From an uncultured Spirochaetia bacterium (GTDB lineage: Bacteria > Oederibacteriota > PGYV01 > Palsa-1178), in NCBI GenBank assembly GCA_964443355.1, contig CAYUDX010000014.1:17992-81991 (forward strand): a stretch of 64,000 nucleotides of DNA, in the 5' to 3' direction. Numbering within the stretch: position 1 is the stretch's first letter; every line of letters starts with the position of its first letter. Position numbers and translations under genes: made by a program. Below are positions 10,308-17,921 of the stretch, in pieces. Under the pieces are notes generated by a model. It was not told the origin of the DNA, searched no databases, and worked only from the letters and a program-made list of their open reading frames with translations.

Positions 10308-10889
10308 TCACAGGATGTCGTCCTTTTGCAGTTTTTCACGCAGGTTTTCCCGCGCCCTGAAGAGCTTTGATTTCACGGCCGAGACCGATATCCTGAGCAC
10401 CTGGCCTATTTCCTCGTATGAGAGCCCCTCGACGTCCCGCATCATGATTACCTGCCTCTGTTCGCCGGTCAGCTCGTCTATCCTTTTATACACGGTCTTT
10501 CTCACCTCTTCAGAGGCGTATGATTTATCCGGCTCTTTTTCCTCTTTTTCCTTTAGCCCGTCGACCAGCGAGGGCTTTTCCTCGGCGCCTTCCTCGTAGC
10601 TCTCCTCGGCCATCTGCCCCCTGGCGCGCTGGAGCTGTTTGAGCCTGTTCTTGCACGTGTTAACGGTTATCCTGTATATCCACGTGGAGAGCTTGGAATC
10701 CCCGCGGAAATTTTTCAGGTTGTTGTAAACGGAGACGAATATCTCCTGTGCGGCGTCCTCGGCCTCTTCCTTGTTGCGCAAAAAATTATAGGCGTGGCCG
10801 AACACCACTTTCTTGTATTTCGTGATTATCTCCGCGAAATATTTCGACTCGCCCCTCTTTACCTTTTCTATTATCTCCAGCTCGTCCAT
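10308..10889 (-). CDS. ECF RNA polymerase sigma factor (RpoE/SigW-like)
   Basis: Region 2 EEAEDAAQEIF..FRGDSKLSTWIYRITVN; region 4 EGLSYEEIGQVL..VKSKLFRAR. Confidence 0.93.
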   Translation of the reverse strand: MDELEIIEKVKRGESKYFAEIITKYKKVVFGHAYNFLRNKEEAEDAAQEIFVSVYNNLKNFRGDSKLSTWIYRITVNTCKNRLKQLQRARGQMAEESYEEGAEEKPSLVDGLKEKEEKEPDKSYASEEVRKTVYKRIDELTGEQRQVIMMRDVEGLSYEEIGQVLRISVSAVKSKLFRARENLREKLQKDDIL

Positions 10890-10899
10890 GCTTGCCCGC

Positions 10900-11835
10900 C
10901 TAAAAAACGTATTTGATGGTTATCCTGTGCGCGTTGTCCGAAATAAAATAAGGCACGAATGCGTAGTCGATGTAAAGGTCGCTTATCCTGACCCCGGCGC
11001 CGACGGAAACCTCCCCCGCGTCCTGCCCGAAAATGTAGCCGTACCTGAAAACAAAGAATTTCTTGTAATAAGCCTCCATGCCCACGGAGGTCTGCGAGCT
11101 GTCCAGCTCGTTTATGTAATAACGCTCCTCCACATAGACGGAGATCTTGTATTCATCCTCGTAATGAAAAACTTCCGTCCCGTAGCCGCCGCGCACTATC
11201 ATCGGGTAAAGCGACCTGTCCAAAAAATAATCCGTTGATATACCCATGTTCTCGACGTCGAGCCCGAGGGTGTATTTGTTCACGTAGTTGCGGTAAAGCA
11301 CTCCCAGGTTCCCCGAGACGCCCCACGTGGCGTTGTTGTAAACCTTGCTGGAAACCAGACGCAAGTTCGCGCCCACGTTGTATTCCTCGTTGATGGCCCT
11401 CGAGTAGACAACCCCGAGGTAGGAATCGTAGTTGTCTATCTTTTCCACCGGCACGCCGTTGTCGTCGGTGCGGTAAAGGTCGTCGTTGGCCGAATACATG
11501 AAGAAAATCCCGGCGCACGACGAGACGTCCATCGGGTGGTAATATTCCCCCTGCTCATAATGATACGAGAAAACCGAGGTGTAGTGGGAAAATATCAGGT
11601 AATTCGTGTTTATCCCCTGGAGCGTCGCGGGATTCACCGGCGAGGCGTCCGGCCTGGCGTAAAACGGGGAGTATATGGATCCCAGCGCGACTTCCCTTGC
11701 CGGTATGTCCACCAGGAGAAAATCCCCGGTCACCGTGCCAGCCGCGCGCGATGCCGCCGGGCAAAACAAAAAAAATGCCGCCGTCAGGGCCGCGAACCTG
11801 ATGATATTTTTAATCGAAAATATCCCGGTGCTCAT
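10900..11835 (-). CDS. PorV/PorQ-family outer-membrane beta-barrel
   Basis: Signal peptide; N-terminal FLLVDIPAREVALG..NPATL; amphipathic strands; C-terminal DYAFVPY..HRITIKYVF. Confidence 0.75.
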   Translation of the reverse strand: MSTGIFSIKNIIRFAALTAAFFLFCPAASRAAGTVTGDFLLVDIPAREVALGSIYSPFYARPDASPVNPATLQGINTNYLIFSHYTSVFSYHYEQGEYYHPMDVSSCAGIFFMYSANDDLYRTDDNGVPVEKIDNYDSYLGVVYSRAINEEYNVGANLRLVSSKVYNNATWGVSGNLGVLYRNYVNKYTLGLDVENMGISTDYFLDRSLYPMIVRGGYGTEVFHYEDEYKISVYVEERYYINELDSSQTSVGMEAYYKKFFVFRYGYIFGQDAGEVSVGAGVRISDLYIDYAFVPYFISDNAHRITIKYVF

Positions 11836-11841
11836 CTAAAT

Positions 11842-12837
11842 TTATACGGAATCTCTTATTATGAGTTCCGGTTCAAAGCTTATTATTTTGCTCTCGTAGG
11901 GTATGGACCCGTCGATCATCCCCATCATCACGTCGAAGGCCTGCATTCCCATCTGCGCGATGGGCTGGCGCACGGTGGTCAGCCCGGGCGAGGTGAGGTT
12001 GGATATGTAGATGTCGTCGTAACCTATGACCGCCATGTCCGAGGGTATCTTTATCCCCATGTCCTTTGCCTGGTCGAGCACTCCTATGGCCGTCACGTCG
12101 CCGGCGGCGCAAAAGACCGAATCCACGTGCGGGCTTTTTTTCAGCAGCAACTTGAGGGATTTTTCGCCCTCCTCGAAATTATAATTCGTGACCCTGATTA
12201 TCTTGTTCTCGTCGTATGGTATGCCGAAATCATTGAGCGCGTCCCTGTAGCCTTTCATGCGCTCCTCGGCGTTGAGCCCCGAGTCTCCTATTATTAGGCC
12301 TATGCTCTTCCTCTTGTTCTTGATGAGGTATTCGGTGGCCATGTAGGCCCCCTTGATGTTCTTGAATTTTACCGTCGGGGCCCCTTCCAGGACCTCTTCA
12401 AGGAACACGACGGGCACGCCTTCCTTTTTGAATTCGGCAAGGAGCTCCCTGTCCATGCGCAGTGATATCACTATGATGCCGTCGGCCCTGCGCTCGTAAA
12501 ATATCCTCTCGAGCATTTCGCGCTCGTTCTCCTCGATGCCCCTCGTGGAATACAATATCAGGTTATACTGGGTGTTCCTCAGGTTGGCCTCGATGCCCTT
12601 GACGGATTCCAGGGCGAAAAGCGAAGCGAAAAACGAGGCGACGACCGCGATGTTGTTGGTCTTGCCCTTCACAAGGCTCCTGCCTATGTAATTCGGATGG
12701 TAGTTCATCTCTTTTATGGCGGCCATGACCAGCTCTTTTGTCTTCTGGGATATCTTCGGGCTGTTGTTGATGACCATGGATACGGTCGCCGGGGTCACCC
12801 CGACCTTTTTCGCGATGTCCTTTATTGTTACTCTCAT
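11842..12837 (-). CDS. LacI-family transcriptional regulator
   Basis: VTIKDIAKKVGVTPATVSMVIN HTH, MNYHPNYIGRSL hinge, periplasmic-binding-protein-like effector domain. Confidence 0.95.
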   Translation of the reverse strand: MRVTIKDIAKKVGVTPATVSMVINNSPKISQKTKELVMAAIKEMNYHPNYIGRSLVKGKTNNIAVVASFFASLFALESVKGIEANLRNTQYNLILYSTRGIEENEREMLERIFYERRADGIIVISLRMDRELLAEFKKEGVPVVFLEEVLEGAPTVKFKNIKGAYMATEYLIKNKRKSIGLIIGDSGLNAEERMKGYRDALNDFGIPYDENKIIRVTNYNFEEGEKSLKLLLKKSPHVDSVFCAAGDVTAIGVLDQAKDMGIKIPSDMAVIGYDDIYISNLTSPGLTTVRQPIAQMGMQAFDVMMGMIDGSIPYESKIISFEPELIIRDSV

Positions 12838-12877
12838 TTTTTCTCCTTTACTTCGGCGTCGTTAAGCCGCCCAAAAA

Positions 12878-14197
12878 TCAACGGGCCTCGGGCAAATTCT
12901 GCATGGACTGGTTCTGGTCAAGCCACGCTTTAAGCTTGGCGTTTCCGGGGTCGAGCTCAAGGGCCTTTGAGTAAGCCCTGTAAGCAAGCTCCCTCCTGCC
13001 GGTATTAAGGAAACATGCGCCCAGCCCCATGTAAGCGGGGGCGTATCCCCTGTATTTTTTTACGCATTCGGCAAATTCCGGGATGGCTTTCCCGAAATCC
13101 AGCTTGTACAGGTAATCATAACCGCGTTTATACGCCTCGATGCCCGCTTTTTTGTCCTCAAAAAAGTGCTTCTCCGACGTCCCCGCGAATTTCCCGGTTA
13201 TGGATATCCTGTTCGAGACGCCGAGGTCGGCGTAAGGCACCATCACGTAATCCAGTTCTATGTTAAGGTCCTTCGACGCGGTCAGCCTGTATCCAAGCCC
13301 GGCCGTGAGCCCTGCCAGCGCGCCAAGGTCCTCGCCGAACTTGTAACCAAGCCTAACCGCTATCGAGTGGTATTTGTTCAGCGTCCAGTATTTCTCGGCC
13401 CCGAGGTGGACGCTCGCAGATTGTTCTATGGGATAATAAAGGATGTCAAGGGCCGCGGTGGTGTCGTTCTCGTTGTAAACAAAGGTCCCTTCATCTGAGA
13501 AAGGAAGCATCAGGTTCTCCATGGAGAACCTGTAACCGAACCCGAGCTTCAGGTCGACCGGAAGCGATGGCCTGTTATTGGCAACCCCGAGGTTCTCGGC
13601 AACAAAGCCGACGGAATAATTTTCATACCTTGGATAAAAAAACGAGCCGATATTGAACCCGAACCCGCCGCCGCCGTCGGAGACTATCTTTTCGGATATA
13701 AGGTTTGCCGACAGCCCGAAGGAGAGGTCGGATACCGCGCTGTCATTGCCAATGATGTCGGATAATTTCTTGGCGTATGCAAGCGTTATGTCAAGGTCGC
13801 TCGCGGTCACGGAATTCGTGGTCAGTTCATAGTCCCCTGTGCCGGGGGCTTCTATTGTCTGGGTAAGGCTGCCGCCGTTGACAAAAACGCTGTAGGCCGC
13901 AAGCGTGCCGAAGCCCTGGATGGGCAGGGCGTAGGCCAGGTATTCATAATTGACGTCAAGCAGCCAGGCGGAATGCATGAGGCATATCTGGTTGCGGGTG
14001 AGCTGTGAGAGGCCCGCCGGGTTCCAGTAAACGGCATTGACGTCGTCGGCCACTCCCACGAACGCCTCGCCCATTCCCGCGGGCCTTGCGCCCTCGGAAA
14101 GCTTGAGGAAATTGGCGGAGGTCTCGCCCGCGCCAAGGACCGTGGAATAAACCGCGAATAAAACAAACGCGGCGAATAAAATGGCTTTTTTTCGCAT
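12878..14197 (-). CDS. PorV/PorQ-family beta-barrel with C-terminal TPR extension (439 aa; start corrected from 14410)
   Basis: AGGAG RBS before MRKKAILFAAF; canonical FLKLSEGARPAGMGEAF..DDVNAVYWNPAGL; barrel ends near ISITGKF, followed by TPR (AYMGLGACF..AYSKALELDP). Confidence 0.8.
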   Translation of the reverse strand: MRKKAILFAAFVLFAVYSTVLGAGETSANFLKLSEGARPAGMGEAFVGVADDVNAVYWNPAGLSQLTRNQICLMHSAWLLDVNYEYLAYALPIQGFGTLAAYSVFVNGGSLTQTIEAPGTGDYELTTNSVTASDLDITLAYAKKLSDIIGNDSAVSDLSFGLSANLISEKIVSDGGGGFGFNIGSFFYPRYENYSVGFVAENLGVANNRPSLPVDLKLGFGYRFSMENLMLPFSDEGTFVYNENDTTAALDILYYPIEQSASVHLGAEKYWTLNKYHSIAVRLGYKFGEDLGALAGLTAGLGYRLTASKDLNIELDYVMVPYADLGVSNRISITGKFAGTSEKHFFEDKKAGIEAYKRGYDYLYKLDFGKAIPEFAECVKKYRGYAPAYMGLGACFLNTGRRELAYRAYSKALELDPGNAKLKAWLDQNQSMQNLPEAR

Positions 14198-14231
14198 CAA
14201 CCCGTTTTCTCCTGATTTGATTTTATGCTTT

Positions 14232-14260
14232 ATCTTACCAGTAAAAAAACCTAAAATCAA
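14232..14260 (-). promoter_or_regulatory. Sigma-70 promoter of the PorV-TPR/LacI/PorV/ECF cluster
   Basis: TTGATT-N17-TAAGAT; the -35 overlaps an inverted repeat TAAAATC-aattg-GATTTTA (14252-14270). Confidence 0.5.
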
Positions 14261-14304
14261 TTGGATTTTAACCGCTGGATCAAACACATACCCCGCCGGG
14301 GTTT

Positions 14305-14823
14305 TTAATAATGTATTACCGAAAATATTTTGTTGGGGGAGAGTTTTTCCCTGCCCTTTAAAAAATCCAGCTCTATTACGAACGCCAGCTCGCTTATTGC
14401 GGCGCCGCATTTTTCAACGAGTTTTACAACGGCCTGCGCAGTGCCGCCGGTGGCCAGGACGTCGTCTATTATAAGCACATTGTCCCCTTTTGAAAGGGCG
14501 TCGGCGTGTATCTCAAGCGAGTCCGTGCCGTATTCAAGGGCGTATTCCTGGGAATAAACCTTCCTGGGCAGCTTGCCCGGCTTGCGCACCGGTATGAGTG
14601 AGGCCTTAAGCTTGTAGGCCAGCGGCGCGCCGAGAAGGAACCCGCGCGCTTCCATGCACACCACGGCGTCTATCTTTTTTCCCTTGTATCTTTTGGCGAG
14701 AGTGTCGATGAGCTCGGCAAAAAGCTTTTTATCCTTGAGCACCGGGGTAAAATCCTTGAAAATGACCCCTTTTTTCGGGAAATCAGGAACGTCCAGAACC
14801 GCTTTTTTCAATTCTTTTTCCAT
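14305..14823 (-). CDS. apt: Adenine phosphoribosyltransferase
   Basis: VPDFPKKGVIFKD, EARGF, VRKPGKLP, EYGTD, PRPP-binding IIDDVLATGGT. Confidence 0.97.
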   Translation of the reverse strand: MEKELKKAVLDVPDFPKKGVIFKDFTPVLKDKKLFAELIDTLAKRYKGKKIDAVVCMEARGFLLGAPLAYKLKASLIPVRKPGKLPRKVYSQEYALEYGTDSLEIHADALSKGDNVLIIDDVLATGGTAQAVVKLVEKCGAAISELAFVIELDFLKGREKLSPNKIFSVIHY

Positions 14824-14884
14824 ATCATCCGCCTCGTTATTATTTTATTTATTTCCTTTTGCGTTAGAATACAAAACCCGAAAA

Positions 14885-14972
14885 ATGCGGGCGTGTGAGA
14901 CTTTTTTAGAACCCCGAGCACATCTTTTAAATTCGGGCGCGGCCAGCCTAAAAAAGGCTCACACGCCCACAT
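14885..14972 (-). other. Long intergenic stem-loop (25-bp arms)
   Basis: atgcgggcgtgtgagacttttttag (14885-14909) is the reverse complement of 14948-14972 at 23/25 positions. Confidence 0.75.
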
Positions 14973-14983
14973 GCCTGAAAAAG

Positions 14984-16081
14984 CTACATGTTTTCCTTGT
15001 TCTTCATCAGGTAACGAAGTTTTTTTATGGCAATGGTCTCTATCTGTCTTATCCTTTCCCTGGTAAGCCTGAGCTTCAGCCCTATTTCCTCGAGGGTCAG
15101 GATATTGCGGTTGGAAAGGCCGAACCTGCTCATTATGACTTCCTGCTCCTTGGGTTTTAATTTCGCGATGAGCTCGAGCATTTTTTCCTTCTTGTCCTTT
15201 TCAAAAAATTCGTCGTCGGGTTTTACTATGGATTCGTCCTCGATGGTGTCCTTGAGCGTCCTTGCGGAATCAGAATCCTCGTTCTCGTATTCCAGGTCGA
15301 GCGACTTGGGCGCCTTTATGATGTTGAGTATCTCGTTGAGCTTCATCGGCTCGATCTTGAGCTTCCTGGCCATGTCGTCCCTTTCAGGGAAGCGGCCCTT
15401 GTCCTTCATCTCTTTTTCTATGAGCTTCAGGTACTTGTGGTAAATGTCAAGTATGTGCACCGGTATGCGTATGGTGTTTTTCTGGTTGGCTATGGCGCGG
15501 TTTATCGACTGCTTGATCCACCAGGTGCCGTAAGTGGAAAAACGGAAACCCAGCTCGGGCTTGAACTTCTCGACCGCCTTCATCAGGCCGATGTTGCCCT
15601 CCTCGATGAGGTCTATTATGGGAACGCCGAGATATTCATATTTTTTCGCCATCTTTACGACGAGCTTCAGGTTTGCCTTGATGATGCTGGCGCGCGCCGC
15701 CACATCGCCTTTCTTGGCCTTGCGCACGAGGTCCTTTTCCTCTTTTTCCGTGAGGATCTTTTCGTCCCTTATCTCGTCGAAATAAAGCATGAGGGAGTCT
15801 TTCGACGCGGAACCCCTGCCGTCGGCTCTGGAAGGCCTGGGCTTCTCGGCCTCGTCGGTGTCTCCCTCTTCCGCTCCGGCAAGTTCCTGCATTCCCTCGG
15901 GATCTTCGGCTTCTTCGCTTTCTTTTGCCGGCTTATCCGGCTGCCGGTCCTCGGCTTCCTCGGTCAGCGCCTCGGAAACCGGCCGCTTTACCCCGGCGTC
16001 CGCGGCCGGTGATGTTTTTTTCGCTGTTTTCCTGGCATTTTTTTTCGGTGCAAACTTTTTCCTGGATTTTTTCTTTTTCAT
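14984..16081 (-). CDS. Sigma-70 family factor (RpoD/RpoS-like; regions 1.2-4, no recognisable region 1.1)
   Basis: ANLKLVVKMAKKY, DLIEEGNIGLMKAVEKF, RFSTYGTWWIKQSINRAIA, TIRIPVH, LTLEEIG..TRERIRQIE. Confidence 0.9.
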   Translation of the reverse strand: MKKKKSRKKFAPKKNARKTAKKTSPAADAGVKRPVSEALTEEAEDRQPDKPAKESEEAEDPEGMQELAGAEEGDTDEAEKPRPSRADGRGSASKDSLMLYFDEIRDEKILTEKEEKDLVRKAKKGDVAARASIIKANLKLVVKMAKKYEYLGVPIIDLIEEGNIGLMKAVEKFKPELGFRFSTYGTWWIKQSINRAIANQKNTIRIPVHILDIYHKYLKLIEKEMKDKGRFPERDDMARKLKIEPMKLNEILNIIKAPKSLDLEYENEDSDSARTLKDTIEDESIVKPDDEFFEKDKKEKMLELIAKLKPKEQEVIMSRFGLSNRNILTLEEIGLKLRLTRERIRQIETIAIKKLRYLMKNKENM

Positions 16082-16093
16082 ATTTCCCCTCTG

Positions 16094-16381
16094 TTATCCC
16101 GGGTAATGAAGAATGTAAAAATCCCCGTATTTGTTCTCGTCCGGAATCGCGCTGCTTTTTACCGCCTCGACATTAAAAAAAACCCCGGGGCCGGTTATCT
16201 CTTCCGTAAATTTATCCATCGAAGCCCCGTCGCCGAAAATTTCCAGCTCCACGCCGCCGTCGGGCATGTTCATGACGTAGCCTCTGAGCCCGAGCGCGTG
16301 CGCTGCCCTGCTGCAGTAATACCTGTAGCCCACTCCCTGCACCATGCCCGTTACAATAATGCGGCGGCCGCTGTTTTCCAT
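16094..16381 (-). CDS. acyP: Acylphosphatase (95 aa; start corrected from 16495)
   Basis: VTGMVQGVGYRY and GLRGYVMNMPDGGVE signatures. Confidence 0.92.
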   Translation of the reverse strand: MENSGRRIIVTGMVQGVGYRYYCSRAAHALGLRGYVMNMPDGGVELEIFGDGASMDKFTEEITGPGVFFNVEAVKSSAIPDENKYGDFYILHYPG

Positions 16382-16385
16382 TATG

Positions 16386-17153
16386 TCACTGCAGGTATGA
16401 TATTCCAAAGACAAAATATGACTGCAGGAAATCCCCGATCTCCTCGCGCTGGAAGACATTTGAGATGTTGCGTATGTAAAATTCAACGTCCACATTATAG
16501 TTCAGGCTCATCTTTACGCCAACGTTGAACCTGTCCTCGTCATATTCCCCGACCAGCAGGACCGTGTCGGCCACGACCTTCGAAACATCCGCAACAAAAC
16601 CGGTGTAGTCGTGGCCAAGCGTTTTTTCGACGCCCATGCTGAAGCTCATGTCGGATATTTTTTTTGAGGCCACCGAGTAAAGCGCAAAATTCCCCCATGG
16701 CGACCTTTCGAACATGGATAGCGGGAATTTTTTCACCCCGACGGCCAGGCTCACAAAATATTCCTCTTCCTTTAGCGCCCGGCACTTAAAATCAAAATTT
16801 GTTGACTCGGAAATGGCGTCGCAAAAATTCACGAAAGAATTCCAGAAGCCCTGCACCGTCTCGGTGGTCTTATAGTGGTCCACCATGTCCGAGATCTGCC
16901 CGAAATTCACGACCGTCCCCGCTTCCATAAAATCAAGAAAACCGTAGTTGAACTTGAATATATAAGTGTCCATATGGAGCCCGAGCGTGAACTGTTTGTC
17001 GGCAAGAACGTACGCGGCGGGGTTGTCTATATATCCGCTGGTGCCCGAAGCCGTAGGCATAAGAAGAAAATGATTTACATCGACTGTTTCCGCGGATAAG
17101 ACGGAACAAAAAGCGGCCAAAACAAGGATGGTCAGTATTGCTTTTTTTCTCAC
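16386..17153 (-). CDS. YjbH-like outer-membrane beta-barrel protein (GTG start)
   Basis: AAGGAG RBS before GTG; signal peptide; MPTASGTSGYIDNPAAYVL N-terminal motif; amphipathic strands; C-terminal FGISYLQ. Confidence 0.55.
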   Translation of the reverse strand: MRKKAILTILVLAAFCSVLSAETVDVNHFLLMPTASGTSGYIDNPAAYVLADKQFTLGLHMDTYIFKFNYGFLDFMEAGTVVNFGQISDMVDHYKTTETVQGFWNSFVNFCDAISESTNFDFKCRALKEEEYFVSLAVGVKKFPLSMFERSPWGNFALYSVASKKISDMSFSMGVEKTLGHDYTGFVADVSKVVADTVLLVGEYDEDRFNVGVKMSLNYNVDVEFYIRNISNVFQREEIGDFLQSYFVFGISYLQ

Positions 17154-17264
17154 CGGCGGTTTCTCCTTTGAACTTTTGCGTTGCTTTTGTCCGGCTTCCG
17201 TCGATCTGCTCGTTTGTTGCTTAATCACAGACGTCCAAAAAATCTATAGCTTTTAAAATTTTTA

Positions 17265-17320
17265 TGGTCGGGACGACTGGGTTCGAACCAGCGGCCTCTC
17301 GCACCCCAAGCGAGTGCGCT
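17265..17320 (-). pseudogene. Truncated tRNA-Pro(GGG) copy: 3' 56 nt, D-stem 3' side to CCA
   Basis: Identical to 17445-17500; lacks the 5' acceptor strand and D-arm 5' half. Confidence 0.9.
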
Positions 17321-17444
17321 GACGGCGATGTCAATGCCCGGGCGTTTTACTTGCAATAATTGAATCGCCGGCGTCCGTGAAAACTCTAATTTCTTCCTTA
17401 ATTTCATTTTCACGGACTACCAAAAACATAACTTATACATTTTA

Positions 17445-17520
17445 TGGTCGGGACGACTGGGTTCGAACCAGCGGCCTCTCGCACCCCAAGCGAGTGCGCT
17501 ACCAACTGCGCTACGCCCCG
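17445..17520 (-). tRNA. tRNA-Pro(GGG)
   Basis: CGGGGCGTAGCGCAGTTGGTAGCGCACTCGCTTGGGGTGCGAGAGGCCGCTGGTTCGAACCCAGTCGTCCCGACCA; 76 nt cloverleaf, anticodon GGG, encoded CCA. Confidence 0.97.
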
Positions 17521-17671
17521 ACCTATCAATTTAACCTGTCGTCTTACTTCGCATCATGATGTCGGTAGTGTCCGTGGAAATCCTTATATTTTCCTTAATT
17601 TCATTTCCACGGGCTACGCCCCGACCTCATTAATGTATGTTTATTATTCTATGTCGGGGCGTGTCCGGAAA
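17496..17671. repeat. 176-bp direct repeat of 18122-18297 (tRNA 5' end plus upstream region)
   Basis: Offset 626 nt; only 2 mismatches (17635 and 17639). Confidence 0.9.
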
Positions 17672-17866
17672 AGACTTATAAATCTTCCTTAATTTCTTTT
17701 CCGGGCTACGCCCCGATAACGATTTTCCGTCCTTTGTCCTGTTCTAAGTCCTGTTCTAAAGAAAAAAAATGGTCGGGCTGACGGCGATGTCAAAATCCCG
17801 GCCGATTTACTTGCAATAATTAAAAAATCGCCGGCGTCCCGAAAATCTATAGCCCTTAAAATATTA

Positions 17867-17921
17867 TGGTCGGGGCGACTGGATTCGAACCAGCGGCCTC
17901 TTGGTCCCGAACCAAGCGCGC
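17867..17921 (-). pseudogene. Truncated tRNA-Pro(CGG) copy: 3' 55 nt
   Basis: Identical to 18071-18125; the 5' part is replaced by a hairpin unit. Confidence 0.9.

Noticed and set aside
11536-12297. 253-aa + strand ORF and similar overlaps (e.g. 22613..23158, 24985..25791, 30122..30775, 62699..63451)
   Set aside because: They lie antisense to well-supported conserved genes and have no recognisable motifs.
14198-14410. 71-aa N-terminal extension of the PorV-TPR protein (and similar extensions at 16495, 21872, 35752, 45449, 49587, 62418)
   Set aside because: Downstream starts give proper signal peptides or family N-termini, several with a clear RBS; the extensions overlap other genes, promoters or terminators.
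17321-17416. tRNA intron in the D-loop
   Set aside because: Splicing would not restore a tRNA because no 5' acceptor strand (CGGGGCG) lies upstream of the insert, and it is far too short for a group I intron.
17321-17444. Prophage or genomic island between tRNA att sites
   Set aside because: The duplicated 3' ends enclose only ~125-150 nt, with no integrase or cargo genes.
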